Shown: piece by piece, positions 1 through 11,099 of the stretch | Layout: every line of letters begins with the position of its first letter | How positions within the stretch are numbered: position 1 is the first letter of the stretch | Origin: Candidatus Bathyarchaeota archaeon | GTDB taxonomy: Archaea; Thermoproteota; Bathyarchaeia; Bathyarchaeales; Bathycorpusculaceae | Length of the DNA: 64,000 bases | Direction: 5' to 3' | NCBI GenBank assembly: GCA_963770935.1 | Contig: CAVYRJ010000001.1 | Location: forward strand, 160,001-224,000 | Notes under the pieces: generated by a model | The model's database searches: none | Told to the model about the DNA's origin: nothing | What the model saw: the letters and a program-made list of their open reading frames with translations, nothing else | Program-made: the position numbers and the translations under genes

Positions 1-425
1 ATTTCCATAGAAGCTTTTTTGAGGACTTCTTCAAGCTTTGTTAAAACTGCCTGTTGCCCCCGCAGAATCAGCATATCTGGTCGTTCAACGAGTTCCCGTT
101 TTTCGTAGAGAGGTTGGAGGTTTTCAGCAACGGTGTTTTCCCAATTGAGGTATTTGTCTTCTAGCTGCAGTTTAGTGAACCTTGTTGCTTCCAAGGGTGG
201 AACAGGGTAGTATTTGAAGGGTCGACTTTCAGTGTTTTTTATCCAGCCTTTCTCCTTGAGTGAGTTTAGGACTTCGTACATTTTGCTGTATGGCACCGTG
301 GCTTGTTGGCTTATCTCCATAGCGGTCATTTGCCCGCCTTCTAGCAGCACTATATAAGCGTCGATTTCATAGGCGTTTAAACCCATTTCACGTAGAGCAG
401 CCCGAGTGTCTTCATTTATTGACAT
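1..425 (-). CDS. TrmB-family transcriptional regulator (runs off window start)
   Basis: Manual minus-strand translation from ATG at 425: MSINEDTRAALREMGLNAYEIDAYIVLLEGGQMTAMEISQQATVPYSKMYEVLNSLKEKGWI...RPFKYYPVPP, a typical TrmB wHTH. Not in the ORF track because it is partial. Confidence 0.85.
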   Translation of the reverse strand, partial: MSINEDTRAALREMGLNAYEIDAYIVLLEGGQMTAMEISQQATVPYSKMYEVLNSLKEKGWIKNTESRPFKYYPVPPLEATRFTKLQLEDKYLNWENTVAENLQPLYEKRELVERPDMLILRGQQAVLTKLEEVLKKASME

Positions 426-530
426 ACTTTCCCCTCAATCACCTTAGGAAACGTTTGGAAACCTTATTATCATCACATCTGCACTTAAGCACTTCGAAAT
501 TAACGCTTACATGCAAGAAGGCAAAATTAT

Positions 531-2021
531 ATGAAAGATATCAAACCTACAAGAAGCATCTGTCCAGAATGCCTAAAGGCAATAGACGCAACCATCTACG
601 AAGACGATGGCAAAGTCTTCATCAAGAAAGCCTGCCCTGACCATGGAGCTTTCCAAGAACTCTACTGGTCAGACTACGATCAATATATGCGTGCAGAAAA
701 ATTCCGCTTTGACGGCGACGGCATAGAAAACCCAAGGACCGAGAAAAAGAAAGGTTGCCCATATGACTGCGGCATCTGTCCTGAACATAAATCCCACACG
801 GCCCTCGCCATCATAGACGTTACGAACCGCTGTAACTTGAAGTGCCCCGTCTGTTTTGCTAATGCATCGGCAGCTGGGTATGTGTATGAGCCAACAGCCG
901 AGCAAATCACCGGCATGCTGGAGAACCTACACAATAACAAGCCGGTAGCTGCGACTGCGCTACAGTTTTCCGGCGGCGAACCCACCATACGTAACGAACT
1001 GTTCGATTTTATTCGAAAAGCAAAAGAAATAGGCTTCAAACATGTGGAGGTTAATACGAACGGCGTTCGACTTGCCTCAGACCCAGAATATGCCAAGAAA
1101 TTAAAAGCTGCGGGCGTCAGCACGATTTATCTACAGTTTGATGGTTTAACGCCTGATGTTTACAAGTTCATTCGTGGCTTAGATCTTCTGGATACCAAAA
1201 TGAAAGCTATTGAAAACCTTCGTCAAGCAGGATATGACAGCGTCGTCTTGGTAGTCACATTGGTTAAGGGCGTTAATGACCAACAGCTAGGCGACATTAT
1301 TCACTTCGCGGCCAAAAACTTTGATGTCATCCGATGCGTCAATGTCCAGCCCGTTTCCCTCTGCGGCAGACTTCCTCAGCAAGAGCGAGAAAAAATGCGG
1401 ATCACAATCCCAGATTTCATGAGCTTGGTTGAAGATCAAACAAAAGGAGAAATCAAAGTCTCTGACTTCTATCCTGTCCCAGTTGTTGTTCCTGTCTCCA
1501 AAGCAGTTGGAGCATTAAAAGACAAACGATACGTCGAATTTACTGCGCATCCACATTGTGGCATGGCAACCTTCTTGATTGTTGAAAACGGTAAAATGAC
1601 ACCAGTCACTCGCTATGGCAACATTGACAAGTTCGCTGGCTCACTAAAGCAGGTTTACGCTGATGCAATAAAAGGGAACAAAAGTAAAGCAAAACTTCGA
1701 CTCGTCGGCTCGGCACGTCACATAAAGTTCTCTTTCCTACGCAAATACTTACTCAAGGTTCTCATGGAAGGCGATTACCATTCCCTGGGAGACTTTGCAA
1801 GGAATATGCTGATGGTTTCATCAATGCATTTCATGGACCCCTACAACTTTGATCTTGAACGAGTGCAGCGCTGTGTCATCCATTACGCTGTGCCAGACGG
1901 CCGCATAATACCGTTCTGCACTATGAACTCCATCCATCGAACGGAAGTAGAAAAGAAACTTGGCATTCCAATCAAAGAATGGAAAGAGAAACATAAAGTT
2001 GAAATAAGCCAGGCAATCTAG
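531..2021 (+). CDS. tes: Radical SAM tetraether lipid synthase (Tes/GDGT-MAS family)
   Basis: N-terminal CPEC...CPDHG, CPYDCGICPEH, radical SAM motif CNLKCPVC, FSGGEPT, C-terminal CVIHYAVPDGRIIPFC. Confidence 0.85.
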   Translation: MKDIKPTRSICPECLKAIDATIYEDDGKVFIKKACPDHGAFQELYWSDYDQYMRAEKFRFDGDGIENPRTEKKKGCPYDCGICPEHKSHTALAIIDVTNRCNLKCPVCFANASAAGYVYEPTAEQITGMLENLHNNKPVAATALQFSGGEPTIRNELFDFIRKAKEIGFKHVEVNTNGVRLASDPEYAKKLKAAGVSTIYLQFDGLTPDVYKFIRGLDLLDTKMKAIENLRQAGYDSVVLVVTLVKGVNDQQLGDIIHFAAKNFDVIRCVNVQPVSLCGRLPQQEREKMRITIPDFMSLVEDQTKGEIKVSDFYPVPVVVPVSKAVGALKDKRYVEFTAHPHCGMATFLIVENGKMTPVTRYGNIDKFAGSLKQVYADAIKGNKSKAKLRLVGSARHIKFSFLRKYLLKVLMEGDYHSLGDFARNMLMVSSMHFMDPYNFDLERVQRCVIHYAVPDGRIIPFCTMNSIHRTEVEKKLGIPIKEWKEKHKVEISQAI

Positions 2022-2055
2022 ATGTTGAGAATAAAAAGTTTCGGCAAGTGAAAAT

Positions 2056-2385
2056 ATGGGTGGAAAAAAGAAGCTCGGCATAAAGCAGATGGAAAAACAG
2101 CAAGTTAAAACTGACGACGATAAAGCGAAAGAAGCAAAGAAGAAAGAGAAGGCGGGACCTCCAAAAGAGCGAAAAACCATTGGCATAATGGTTCCAGACG
2201 CAAAAGACCAAAAGAACATCGCCGAAATTAAAAAAATGGGTGTCTTAACACCATACTCAGTTTCTACACGATACGGCATACGTATAAGTGCAGCCAAAGA
2301 TTACCTCGAACAACTCGAAGCAAACGGTTCAATACAACTAGTCTCTGGCAGCCATAACATCAAAATCTACAAACCTGCAGCATAA
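2056..2385 (+). CDS. rps25e: 30S ribosomal protein S25e
   Basis: Lys-rich N-terminus; LTPYSVSTRYGIRISAAKDYLEQLEANGSIQLV wHTH-like core. Confidence 0.85.
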   Translation: MGGKKKLGIKQMEKQQVKTDDDKAKEAKKKEKAGPPKERKTIGIMVPDAKDQKNIAEIKKMGVLTPYSVSTRYGIRISAAKDYLEQLEANGSIQLVSGSHNIKIYKPAA

Positions 2386-2431
2386 CTGCAAAAATTTACT
2401 TTATTTAAAATAATGTTCTTTATATTGGAGT

Positions 2432-2920
2432 TTGTTTTTCGTGAGTTTTCCAGACAGGGTTTATACGACAGAAGAAGTAAAAAATGCTAAAACATTAGTT
2501 GACCAAGGACATAAACACAATCTGATAGTTGAGGGCACACCTGAGTTTAGAAAGCAAGTCAACAACGCCCTTGAACTAATCAAAACCGCAGAATACTACG
2601 ACTTCTTACAATCCTACATACGGAAAATAATGGAAATCGACGGCATTACCCAACTTCGTGAAACAGAAGTCGCAATCTGGGCAAACAAGTTCGCCGTGGA
2701 AAACCCTGTAGACGCCGCAAGCTTATTCATCCAAAAAGCCTACCACATGAAAGAGTACCTAGAAGGCGAACTCTATTATGGCGGCAACGCAGAAAAACGT
2801 TCTGTGGCAAAACGCATCGAGTTCTTGCAAAATCTCAAAACTAAAACCGAAGATAAAGAAATAAAAGAAGAGTGTGAGAGGTTGCTTGAAATGTGGAAAG
2901 ACAGCTCTCTTGCTTTTTGA
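2432..2920 (+). CDS. Conserved hypothetical protein
   Basis: 162-aa ORF with protein-like composition, co-oriented with rps25e; start uncertain. Confidence 0.65.
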   Translation: MFFVSFPDRVYTTEEVKNAKTLVDQGHKHNLIVEGTPEFRKQVNNALELIKTAEYYDFLQSYIRKIMEIDGITQLRETEVAIWANKFAVENPVDAASLFIQKAYHMKEYLEGELYYGGNAEKRSVAKRIEFLQNLKTKTEDKEIKEECERLLEMWKDSSLAF

Positions 2921-2922
2921 GA

Positions 2923-3336
2923 TTAAGCCGTTAACAACTGGACTTTTATTGTTAATCCACTTTTAATCTGCTTAAAAAGTTCGAGGTTACTCGTTATTTT
3001 TCCTAGGATGCTCACTGGACTGTAGGGCTGAGATTTACCATAAAACACGCATATTGCGCTGCCCATAGGCCAGAAAGCAATTGTACCTTGCTCTACGGTT
3101 GGCTTGGCTTTTTCCTCACCCATTTTTAGGGGGACTTCAAAGTAGACCTCTTCCTTCCAAAGGGCGGCTCTGCCTTCCAGGGGAAGTTTACGAACGATAT
3201 AATCAATTGTTCTTGGTGCAAGGAACCTAACGAGTTCCCCCTCAGCTTCACCTAAGCCTTCGATGATAAACTTAATCTTTATGCGGGAAACCCCTTCTTC
3301 GTTGCTCAATTGTTTATCTCCTTGAATAAAACCCAA
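2923..3336 (-). CDS. Cyclophilin-like fold protein (DUF369/TM1367-like)
   Basis: LPLEGRAALWKEEVYFEVP...GTIAFWPMGSAICVFYG motif. Confidence 0.8.
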   Translation of the reverse strand: MGFIQGDKQLSNEEGVSRIKIKFIIEGLGEAEGELVRFLAPRTIDYIVRKLPLEGRAALWKEEVYFEVPLKMGEEKAKPTVEQGTIAFWPMGSAICVFYGKSQPYSPVSILGKITSNLELFKQIKSGLTIKVQLLTA

Positions 3337-3410
3337 TAATTACTGCGAATCAGAGGTTATAGTATGTGAAGTGTAATTTAACTCTTACACTCCATAGAAC
3401 GCAAAGGAGA

Positions 3411-4529
3411 CTAAAGGAGACTTTGGACGGTATCGCCTATGAACTGTACTTGTTCTTCAGTTACTCCTGGGTGAATGGGCAAGGAGAACACTTGCTTTGA
3501 AGCTTTTTCGGTTTCTGGGAGTTTGGGGGTTCCAAAGTTTTCTCGATAAAACGGCATCTGATGAACCGGGTTAACGTAATATGCTTCGGCGCCGATTCCT
3601 TTGTTTTTCAGTTCTTGCAGAAGAGAGTTGCGTTGGGTTTCTGTTGCATCTTTTAGTCTTGCAGTGTAGAGATACCAGCTGTGCAGCCTATCTTTGGATT
3701 CATAGGGTAAAATGAGTTTACGATTTTTTCCAAGTATTTTTGTGAGTTGCTGCGCATTTTGTCGTCGTTTAGCTAGGAAACCGGCTAACCTTTCAAGTTG
3801 CACGTTGCCTATAGCGGCTTGCATCTCAGACATGCGATAATTTGTTCCAAGAATCAGTGAGGCATATTTGGCTTTTTCGCCGTGCGTCCTTATCATCCGC
3901 AAGGTCTCAGCTATTTGGTCATTATTTGTTGTTATGACACCGCCTTCGCCAGTCATTATGTTCTTGGCAGCATACATGCTCCAGCAAGCAGCGTCTGCAA
4001 TGGCGCCCACAGATTTCCCTTCATAGGTTGTTCCGTGAGCTTGAGCGGCGTCCTCCACCAAAGCCAAACCATTTTTGTCCGCAATCTCTCTAAGCGGCTT
4101 CATGTCGGCAGAAAAACCATACAAATCCACAGGCAATATTGCTTTGGTTTTTTTGGTTAACGCTTTCTCCACCGCTGAAGGTGCCAAATTGTAGGTTTCG
4201 GGGTCGATGTCGGCAAAAACTGGATTTGCGCCCGCCAACGCGACGGCTTCGGCGGTTGCTACAAAAGTGAAACTGGGCAAAATAACCTCATCACCATGCT
4301 TTACGCCAATAGCCATTACAGCTGCATGTAAAGCGGCGGTGCCCGTGTTAACGGCAACCGCGTGTTTGGCACAAGCCATTTTAGCGAAGCCTTTCTCGAA
4401 CTCTGTCACAGCAGGACCCATACCGAGTCCACTGGTTAACATGCCGCTTCTCATAACTTTAATGACTGCTTCGATTTCTTCTTCGCCGATTTTTGGAAGG
4501 TTAATGTATATCAAGGTAAATACCCTCAT
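3411..4529 (-). CDS. DegT/DnrJ/EryC1/StrS PLP-dependent aminotransferase
   Basis: AVNTGTAALH, VEDAAQAHG, SMYAAKNIMTGEGG, NYRMSEMQAAIG. Confidence 0.93.
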   Translation of the reverse strand: MRVFTLIYINLPKIGEEEIEAVIKVMRSGMLTSGLGMGPAVTEFEKGFAKMACAKHAVAVNTGTAALHAAVMAIGVKHGDEVILPSFTFVATAEAVALAGANPVFADIDPETYNLAPSAVEKALTKKTKAILPVDLYGFSADMKPLREIADKNGLALVEDAAQAHGTTYEGKSVGAIADAACWSMYAAKNIMTGEGGVITTNNDQIAETLRMIRTHGEKAKYASLILGTNYRMSEMQAAIGNVQLERLAGFLAKRRQNAQQLTKILGKNRKLILPYESKDRLHSWYLYTARLKDATETQRNSLLQELKNKGIGAEAYYVNPVHQMPFYRENFGTPKLPETEKASKQVFSLPIHPGVTEEQVQFIGDTVQSLL

Positions 4530-4657
4530 TCTTTAGCATACGCACTTTTGCATATTTTAACGTTAATCAGAAAAAAATGCCGTTTACAGTGACTTCACCA
4601 TAAAAGTCACATAGACTAATTAGGACTCGCTAGTTTAGACTTTTAGAGGAAAAATAA

Positions 4658-5046
4658 ATGATTGGTGAATTAATCGGCGAATTCAAGGGTAAAAACATAG
4701 GGTGGCGAGTGCTCCCTGATGGAAAGATGGAAGTAACGACGCAGGGAACCGAGAAGCTGATGGGAATAGACGCTTTCTTACTTTCTACCAGTGTAGGAAC
4801 TATGGCAAACCGGCGTTTTCATGGGAGAAGGAAATGGGGTAATTACGACGATGGAGGGCGACAATGTTTTGATGAAGGGTATTGCAGTCGGTTGGCCTTC
4901 TGGAAACGGAGGAGCCACAAGAACAGCAACAATCCATACTACCCAGTCACAGAAGCTTACGGCGCTAAACAAAATTGTTGGCATGCATGAGTACGAAACT
5001 GATATGCAAGATAACTGGATTGGCAAAATCCGGGAATTGGAAATAG
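4658..5046 (+). CDS. Hypothetical protein, interrupted by two +1 insertions (~4810, ~5037)
   Basis: ORFs 4658-4990 and 4821-5081 join into MIGELIGEFKGK...ANGVFMGEGNGVITT...; removing an extra T near the end gives ...EWK* ending at 5046. Confidence 0.6.
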
Positions 5047-5047
5047 C

Positions 5048-6199
5048 TTACTCGATTTTCATTTCCAGCGAAGTCTTGTAGTCATTAGTAACCATAATCC
5101 CACGAGTGCGAAAATCACTGATCTAATTCAGGATCACCAGTATCCACCCTCAAACTCTGCAACCTATCCAGTTTGCTCTTAGTTGCAATAACAACTATTT
5201 TGTCTAAGCCAACTTTGCGTATTACTTTTTGGCTTATCTGTTGGTTGCCTCTGCCGAAAATGAAGCCCTGCCCTCCAATAGGCGTAACAATAATTTGAGC
5301 ATTTTTTCCGCTAATAGCTTCAAGGATTTGTTTTTCGTTTACATCGCGTCCAATTATTTTCTTATTCATGAAAAGGTCGACCCCGAGTAGCGTTTTTTTC
5401 TGGTCCAAGCAGGTCTGCGATGGTTCTTGTGGTTGTTCCAGGACCTACAATGTAGAGTACGTTTGGCTTCATTTCTTCGATTACAAAGATAGCTATGGCT
5501 GCTTGGTTTTCCACCTCGTTCTCTGTCATGGGGCTTGCCATCTTGTTGCCCTGAATCAGATGCGGCTCAAAGGGGCTTAACAGGATACCCGTAAAGCTTC
5601 GCGGACAGATGCCCCATCCGAAACTCTTTCTCATCTACATCCATAACTTCTGCTTCCCTAAGCGGCAACCCACCCCACAAAAAACCAACAGCTACTCTGG
5701 CAGCCGCTTGAGCGCTAATGGCAAATATGGCGCTGTGCATTTTAACGCCTGTGGGAACACCAAGCACTGGAACCTTCATGTCGATAGCTTTTAGAATATC
5801 CCTTGTGGTTCCGTCTCCACCGCAAAAAACAAGCAAATCAACTCCCACATCAACTATGCACTTAGCGATGAATTGGGTATCCTCGGGGGTAGTTTCCGTT
5901 TTTTTCTCGCCCACTACTTTGAAAGTAAAGCCACATTTTTCTACTTGGTTTTGTCCCATGTTGCCTGCACCGACAATTAATTTTATGTTGTCTTTGGCTG
6001 GGCTTAGCTGGGTCAGGAAGGTTTCTGCTCTTTTGGTGGCTATGGGTTGGGCGCCTAGAGCTATGGCTTCTTTAAGAATTTCTTTGCCGTCTGTACCTTT
6101 TAATCCGACTGCACCGCCCATACCTGCCACAGGATTAACGATAAATCCGACAGTCTTCGTCGGACCAGCCTTTTCTTTAGCATTCAAGGGAATACCCAA
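5048..6199 (-). CDS. ATP-NAD kinase family protein, read in four pieces because of +1 insertions (pseudogene or sequencing error)
   Basis: GFIVNPVAGMGGAVGLKGTDG, GGDGTTRD, PTGVKMHS, then VGPGTTTRTIA, TLLGVD, TPIGGQGFIFGRGNQQIS, VDTGD across ORFs 5567-6199, 5362-5634, 5115-5408 and a short tail to 5048. Confidence 0.85.
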
Positions 6200-6262
6200 A
6201 TTAGTAATAATTGATTCATAAATAAAAAGAAAAATAAAATTAATTGTGGGAAGCTGCGGTTT

Positions 6263-7675
6263 TTAGTATGTTTCGCAGCCGATATACTTCTTGTTGACGT
6301 CGTGTAGCCACGGATAAAGTTTGTGCAGTTTATCCATGGATTCTGCGACTTTTTCGGTTGGGTACTCGTATGGCAAGAGTTTGCCGCTGAAGTACTCATC
6401 GTATGCTGCCATGTCAAAGAAGCCGTGACCGCAGAGAACAAACAGGATAGTTTTTGCTTCACCGGTTTGTTTGCATCTGAGTGCTTCGTCGATGGCGCCT
6501 TTGATTGCGTGTGAGGGTTCGGGTGCTGGAATTATACCCTCAGTTTGTAGGAAAAGCTTTGCGGCGTCAAATACTTCTATTTGGCTGTAGGCTTCTGTCG
6601 TCATCTTCTTCTCCTGTACCAGTACGCTGATGGTTGGAGCAATGCCGTGGTAGCGAAGTCCTCCTGCATGGATTGGAGCCGGTATGAAGTCGTGCCCTAG
6701 TGTGTGCATTGGGACGAGCGGGGTAATTTTTGCAGTATCGCCATGGTCATACTGATATATCCCTTTTGTAACTTTGGGGCACGCGGTGGCTTCTGTTGCA
6801 ACGAACTTTGTTTCTTTAGGAGCTTTCTTGGAGACTTGGTCGTAGTAGAAAGGCCACATGATTCCTGAATAACTGCTGCCTCCGCCGATGCAGCCATAAA
6901 CAACGTCGGGGTACTCATCCACCATTTCGAGTTGTTTCTTAGCTTCTAAGCCTTCAACGGTCTGATGTAGACACACGTGGTTGAAGACGCTACCGATCGC
7001 ATAGTTGGTTTCAGCTTCGTTGACTAATGCATCTTCTACAGCTTCGCTTATGGCTATGCCAAGGCTACCCTTGTTGTCTGGGTCTTCAGCGAGAATTTTT
7101 TTTCCTGCCTCAGTCCTGTTGCTTGGGCTGGCGATGCATTCTGCGCCGAAAGCGTTCATCATCATTCGGCGGTACGGTTTTTGGTCGTAGCTTGCCCGAA
7201 CCATGTAAACGGTAGCTTTTAGACCGAACATGCCTGCTGCAAACGATAGAGCGGAGCCCCATTGCCCTGCGCCAGTTTCTGTTGAGAGGCGTTTGGTACC
7301 TTCTTTCATGTTGTAGAATGCTTGGGGCACGGCGGTGTTGGGTTTGTGGCTTCCCGCTGGGCTTGTGCCTTCGTATTTGTAGTAGATTTTGGCTGGTGTT
7401 TTGAGGGCTTTTTCTAAACCGAGTGCTCGGAAGAGCGGGGTTGGTCTCCAGATTTTGTAGACTTCTCGGACTTCATCGGGGATATTTATCCAGCGTTCTT
7501 GGCTGATTTCTTGACCGATGATTTCTTTGGGGAATATTCTAGGAACGATGCCGACACCTGGCTGTTTTGTTTCCACATCTATGAATGGCGGAAGGGGATG
7601 TGGCAGGTCGGGCACGATGTTGTACCATTGTTTGGGTATATCGTTTTCTTTTAATAGGATTTTTCTGTCTGGCAT
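6263..7675 (-). CDS. trpB2: TrpB-like PLP enzyme (tryptophan synthase beta chain 2)
   Basis: [45 protein letters not shown]. Confidence 0.93.
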   Translation of the reverse strand: MPDRKILLKENDIPKQWYNIVPDLPHPLPPFIDVETKQPGVGIVPRIFPKEIIGQEISQERWINIPDEVREVYKIWRPTPLFRALGLEKALKTPAKIYYKYEGTSPAGSHKPNTAVPQAFYNMKEGTKRLSTETGAGQWGSALSFAAGMFGLKATVYMVRASYDQKPYRRMMMNAFGAECIASPSNRTEAGKKILAEDPDNKGSLGIAISEAVEDALVNEAETNYAIGSVFNHVCLHQTVEGLEAKKQLEMVDEYPDVVYGCIGGGSSYSGIMWPFYYDQVSKKAPKETKFVATEATACPKVTKGIYQYDHGDTAKITPLVPMHTLGHDFIPAPIHAGGLRYHGIAPTISVLVQEKKMTTEAYSQIEVFDAAKLFLQTEGIIPAPEPSHAIKGAIDEALRCKQTGEAKTILFVLCGHGFFDMAAYDEYFSGKLLPYEYPTEKVAESMDKLHKLYPWLHDVNKKYIGCETY

Positions 7676-7802
7676 TTTTTCGCCTTCTTGAGTTATAAAG
7701 CGTACTTTAAAGTTTTATTTAAGGCTTTTGCGTACAGTTATGTGCATATACAAACAACACATTTATACCCAAATGAGCAGAAATAAACACAAGCGACCCA
7801 AA

Positions 7803-8306
7803 ATGTGGAACCAAATCAAAACCCAACTGCAAGAATATCCTGAACGCCTCAAAGTAGCGCGAGTATTAATAGAAAACGGCTTAAGCGCCAAAAACAACAA
7901 AATATACCTAAACCAAATCGAAATCCCACCAGTCCGCATAGCACGAGTGGCAGGAGTCGACAGACGAACAGTCAATGAAACTCTCAACACCATCAAAGAA
8001 AACCCTGAGCTAAGAATGATTTTTGAAGAAATCCGCCCAGCAGGACACTCCTTAAAAGAAATCGCAAAACACCTTAACTTAGGAGTTTTAGAGATTACAC
8101 CGATAAACGCAAAGTCGCCAGGAATCCTCTCCAACGCCGCCATGCTACTCAATAGGGCAGGCTTAAGCATACGACAAGCAATCGTCGATGACCCTGAACT
8201 CTCACCAGAACCAAAATTATCCCTGATTGTTGAAAAGAAAATTCCCGGAGAATTAATCCCTGAATTGCTAAAGATTTCAGGCGTAGCTAAAGTTTCAGTA
8301 TACTAA
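7803..8306 (+). CDS. HTH + ACT domain regulator of amino-acid metabolism
   Basis: IARVAGVDRRTV HTH; PGILSNAAMLLNRAGLSIRQAIVDDPEL ACT; divergent from trpB2. Likely start MWNQ at 7803. Confidence 0.85.
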   Translation: MWNQIKTQLQEYPERLKVARVLIENGLSAKNNKIYLNQIEIPPVRIARVAGVDRRTVNETLNTIKENPELRMIFEEIRPAGHSLKEIAKHLNLGVLEITPINAKSPGILSNAAMLLNRAGLSIRQAIVDDPELSPEPKLSLIVEKKIPGELIPELLKISGVAKVSVY

Positions 8307-8415
8307 CTTGCGGAAATGAAATCTCAACATACTTCAAAATTAGCTAATGATGCAAAAACTGCTCACCTAGGCTTTGTTCGACATGTCTTGACTAGAAAAA
8401 CTTATATGGTTAGTA

Positions 8416-10110
8416 ATGTCTTGTTGTTGTTCGCATTATTGGAGGTTACTTGATTTGTCATCATCACAAACTGGGGTACCTGTTCTGGTTATGAAAGAAG
8501 GGTCAAAGAGGTCCCGTGGAAGAGAAGCCCAACACAGCAACATAATGGCTGCAAAAGTTGTAGCTGAAAGCGTCCGAAGTGCACTTGGTCCAAGAGGCAT
8601 GGATAAGATGCTTGTTGACAGCTTCGGCGACGTTACCATAACAAGTGACGGACGAACGATTCTTGATGAGATGGATGTTCAGCATCCAGCAGCAAAAATG
8701 CTCGTTGAAGTCGCTAAAACACAAGACAAAGAAGCTGGCGATGGAACAACTTCTGCAGTCATTATTGCAGGCGAGCTGTTGAACAGAGCAGAGGAATTAA
8801 TCGATAAAGACATCCACCCTACGGTTATAATTGACGGTTATAGGAAAGCCGCTGATAAAGCCCTGGAAACTCTTGAAAAAATCGCCGTTCCAATTGACCT
8901 AAAATCTCACGACTACCTCAAGAAGGCTGCAGCAACAGCTATGGGCAGCAAACTCGTAGCTGAATACAAAGATTACCTTGCTGACTTAGCCGTCAAAGCA
9001 ATGTTGGCAGTCGCCGAAAAACAAAGCGACGGCACCTACAGAGCAGATGTTGACGATGTGAAAGTTGAGAAGAAAACAGGCGAATCTTTGGCAGCTACAA
9101 GCCTAATCAACGGCGTAGTTTTGGACAAAGAAATCGTTCACTCAGGTATGCCCAAACGATTGGAAAAAGCAAAGATAGCCTTGCTTGAAAGTTCACTGGA
9201 GAATGAAAAACCAGAGATGGATGCGAAAATTAGCATTGAAACTCCAGAACAAATAGAGGCGTTCTTAAATCAAGAAGAAACCATGCTAAAAGACATGGTT
9301 GAGAAAGTCGTGGCTTCAGGCGCCAACATGGTCGTTTGCCAGAAAGGAATCGACGATATGGCTCAACATTTTCTTTCCCGAAAAGGCGTCATCGCCATTA
9401 GAAGAGCCAAGAAATCCGACATGGAAAAACTCGCCAGAGCCACAGGTGGCAAAATCATCAGCAACTTGGATGCACTTACATCTTCAGACCTAGGTTGTGC
9501 CGCTTTAGTTGAGGAACGCCGAACGGGTGATGACAAGATGACCTATGTTGAAGGCTGCAAGAACCCAAAGTCAGTAACGCTTCTAATTAGGGGTGGAACT
9601 CAACGGATGACTGCAGAAGCCGAACGCTCCATACATGATGCCCTCTGCGTTGTCAGGGACTTAATTGAGGAGCCAAAAATCGTCGCTGGAGGAAGCGCTC
9701 CAGAAATGGAAATGGCAAGCGTTCTTAAAAAATATGCTCAAACCGTTCAGGGAAGGGAGCAACTGGCAATCACAATATTCGCAGAATCCCTCGAAGCAAT
9801 AGCAAATACGCTTGCGGAAAACGCTGGCTTAGATCCAGTTGACATACTATCAGAATTACGAATTAGACATGAAAAAGGCGAAACGTGGGCAGGCATCGAT
9901 GTTCTCGCAGGCAAAGTCGAAGACATGACAAAAATAAACGTCTACGAACCTCTTGCAGTCAAGAAACAAATCATTAAGTCAGCAACTGAAGCCGCAACAA
10001 TGATTCTTAAAATCGACGACGTCATATCCTCAGGAAAAATGAAGACACCTCCTATGCCACCAGGAGGAGGAATGGGCGGTATGGGTGGAATGCCAGGCGG
10101 AATGATGTAA
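8416..10110 (+). CDS. Thermosome subunit (group II chaperonin)
   Basis: [21 protein letters not shown]-repeat C-terminal tail; true start probably TTG ~8455. Confidence 0.97.
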   Translation: MSCCCSHYWRLLDLSSSQTGVPVLVMKEGSKRSRGREAQHSNIMAAKVVAESVRSALGPRGMDKMLVDSFGDVTITSDGRTILDEMDVQHPAAKMLVEVAKTQDKEAGDGTTSAVIIAGELLNRAEELIDKDIHPTVIIDGYRKAADKALETLEKIAVPIDLKSHDYLKKAAATAMGSKLVAEYKDYLADLAVKAMLAVAEKQSDGTYRADVDDVKVEKKTGESLAATSLINGVVLDKEIVHSGMPKRLEKAKIALLESSLENEKPEMDAKISIETPEQIEAFLNQEETMLKDMVEKVVASGANMVVCQKGIDDMAQHFLSRKGVIAIRRAKKSDMEKLARATGGKIISNLDALTSSDLGCAALVEERRTGDDKMTYVEGCKNPKSVTLLIRGGTQRMTAEAERSIHDALCVVRDLIEEPKIVAGGSAPEMEMASVLKKYAQTVQGREQLAITIFAESLEAIANTLAENAGLDPVDILSELRIRHEKGETWAGIDVLAGKVEDMTKINVYEPLAVKKQIIKSATEAATMILKIDDVISSGKMKTPPMPPGGGMGGMGGMPGGMM

Positions 10111-10111
10111 A

Positions 10112-10354
10112 ATGTCAGAGCAAAAAATTATTGTAGGACCCCCAAAAATTACTCGCTTCGAGAAAGCAAGAATAGTTGGCGCACGTGCGCTTCAAATCTC
10201 GATGGGAGCACCAATCTTGGTAGATGCAGCTGAAAACACAAACCCAATTGACATAGCATTAAGCGAGCTTGACGCGGGAATCTTGCCAATCACAATCAGA
10301 AGAACCCTGCCAGATGGGACTTTTCAAGATATTCCATTAAAATGGCTATCTTGA
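10112..10354 (+). CDS. rpoK: DNA-directed RNA polymerase subunit K (Rpo6)
   Basis: [22 protein letters not shown]...[12 protein letters not shown]. Confidence 0.96.
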   Translation: MSEQKIIVGPPKITRFEKARIVGARALQISMGAPILVDAAENTNPIDIALSELDAGILPITIRRTLPDGTFQDIPLKWLS

Positions 10355-10622
10355 GCCTAAATTTTTCTTAATTTTTTTTGTTTTAGATAGCTATGCTTTT
10401 TTGTTGATGTTGCTAGTTGACTCTGTTCTTAGAGGTTACAACTGATACCCCTCTGATGACGCCTCAAAAGCCATGCAAAGCACATTCAAAAACCCAACTC
10501 AAATCAACGACTTTGAAGAGAAGTTGTTGCTGTTGTTGTTGCTGCAACCCATTCCCACCAGTCAGTTGCAACAATCAAACCTTACAAAATAGCCCTAAAA
10601 CAGAACAGAAAAAAACGCGGAC

Positions 10623-11099
10623 CTAAAGGCAAAGCCTTAGTTGTCTTGCTTGTGTTAGCGTGTTGTTGATTTGTTTCCAGTGGGCTCCCTTCCAATAGAT
10701 TTGTCTGCAGTTTGGGCATTTCCAGAATTTATCGTAGTAAGTGAAGGTGTTTTTCTCCAGTTCGCCTTGAAGCTTCTCTTTGGGGGTTGCTGTAAGTTTA
10801 GTGTTGCATATTGGGCAATGCGACTTATCCATATCAATCGTTAGTAGCAGGCTATATCGTTTGGCGACTTCTGCAAGATGCTCCGACTCCGACTTGCCTT
10901 CAACATAATAAGCATCTAGGCCTCTGATAATGGCGCGTTTATAGAGCTCAAAATCCTTAGTCAATAAAACCCGCTCTTCCTTTTTTGCTAACTCTAAAAG
11001 CTCAGAATCGTTAAATTTAACCGAATAAATGACATCTTGCCCTAACATACGCAACCAGCGTGCCAATTTTCCCATCATACCATCTGCAAGAAACTTCAC
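10623..11099 (-). CDS. Mut7-C RNase domain protein
   Basis: KFLADGMMGKLARWLRMLG, RVLLTKD, CPICN...CPNCRQIYWKGAHW. Confidence 0.93.
   Translation of the reverse strand: MKFLADGMMGKLARWLRMLGQDVIYSVKFNDSELLELAKKEERVLLTKDFELYKRAIIRGLDAYYVEGKSESEHLAEVAKRYSLLLTIDMDKSHCPICNTKLTATPKEKLQGELEKNTFTYYDKFWKCPNCRQIYWKGAHWKQINNTLTQARQLRLCL

Noticed and set aside
10051-10110. GGAGGAATGGGCGGT-type repeats
   Set aside because: They encode the ordinary GGM tail of the chaperonin.
10417-10626. ORF with seven consecutive Cys (possible metallothionein or RiPP precursor)
   Set aside because: It arises from a short TGT/TGC trinucleotide run in a convergent intergenic gap, with a weak start and no modifying enzymes nearby.
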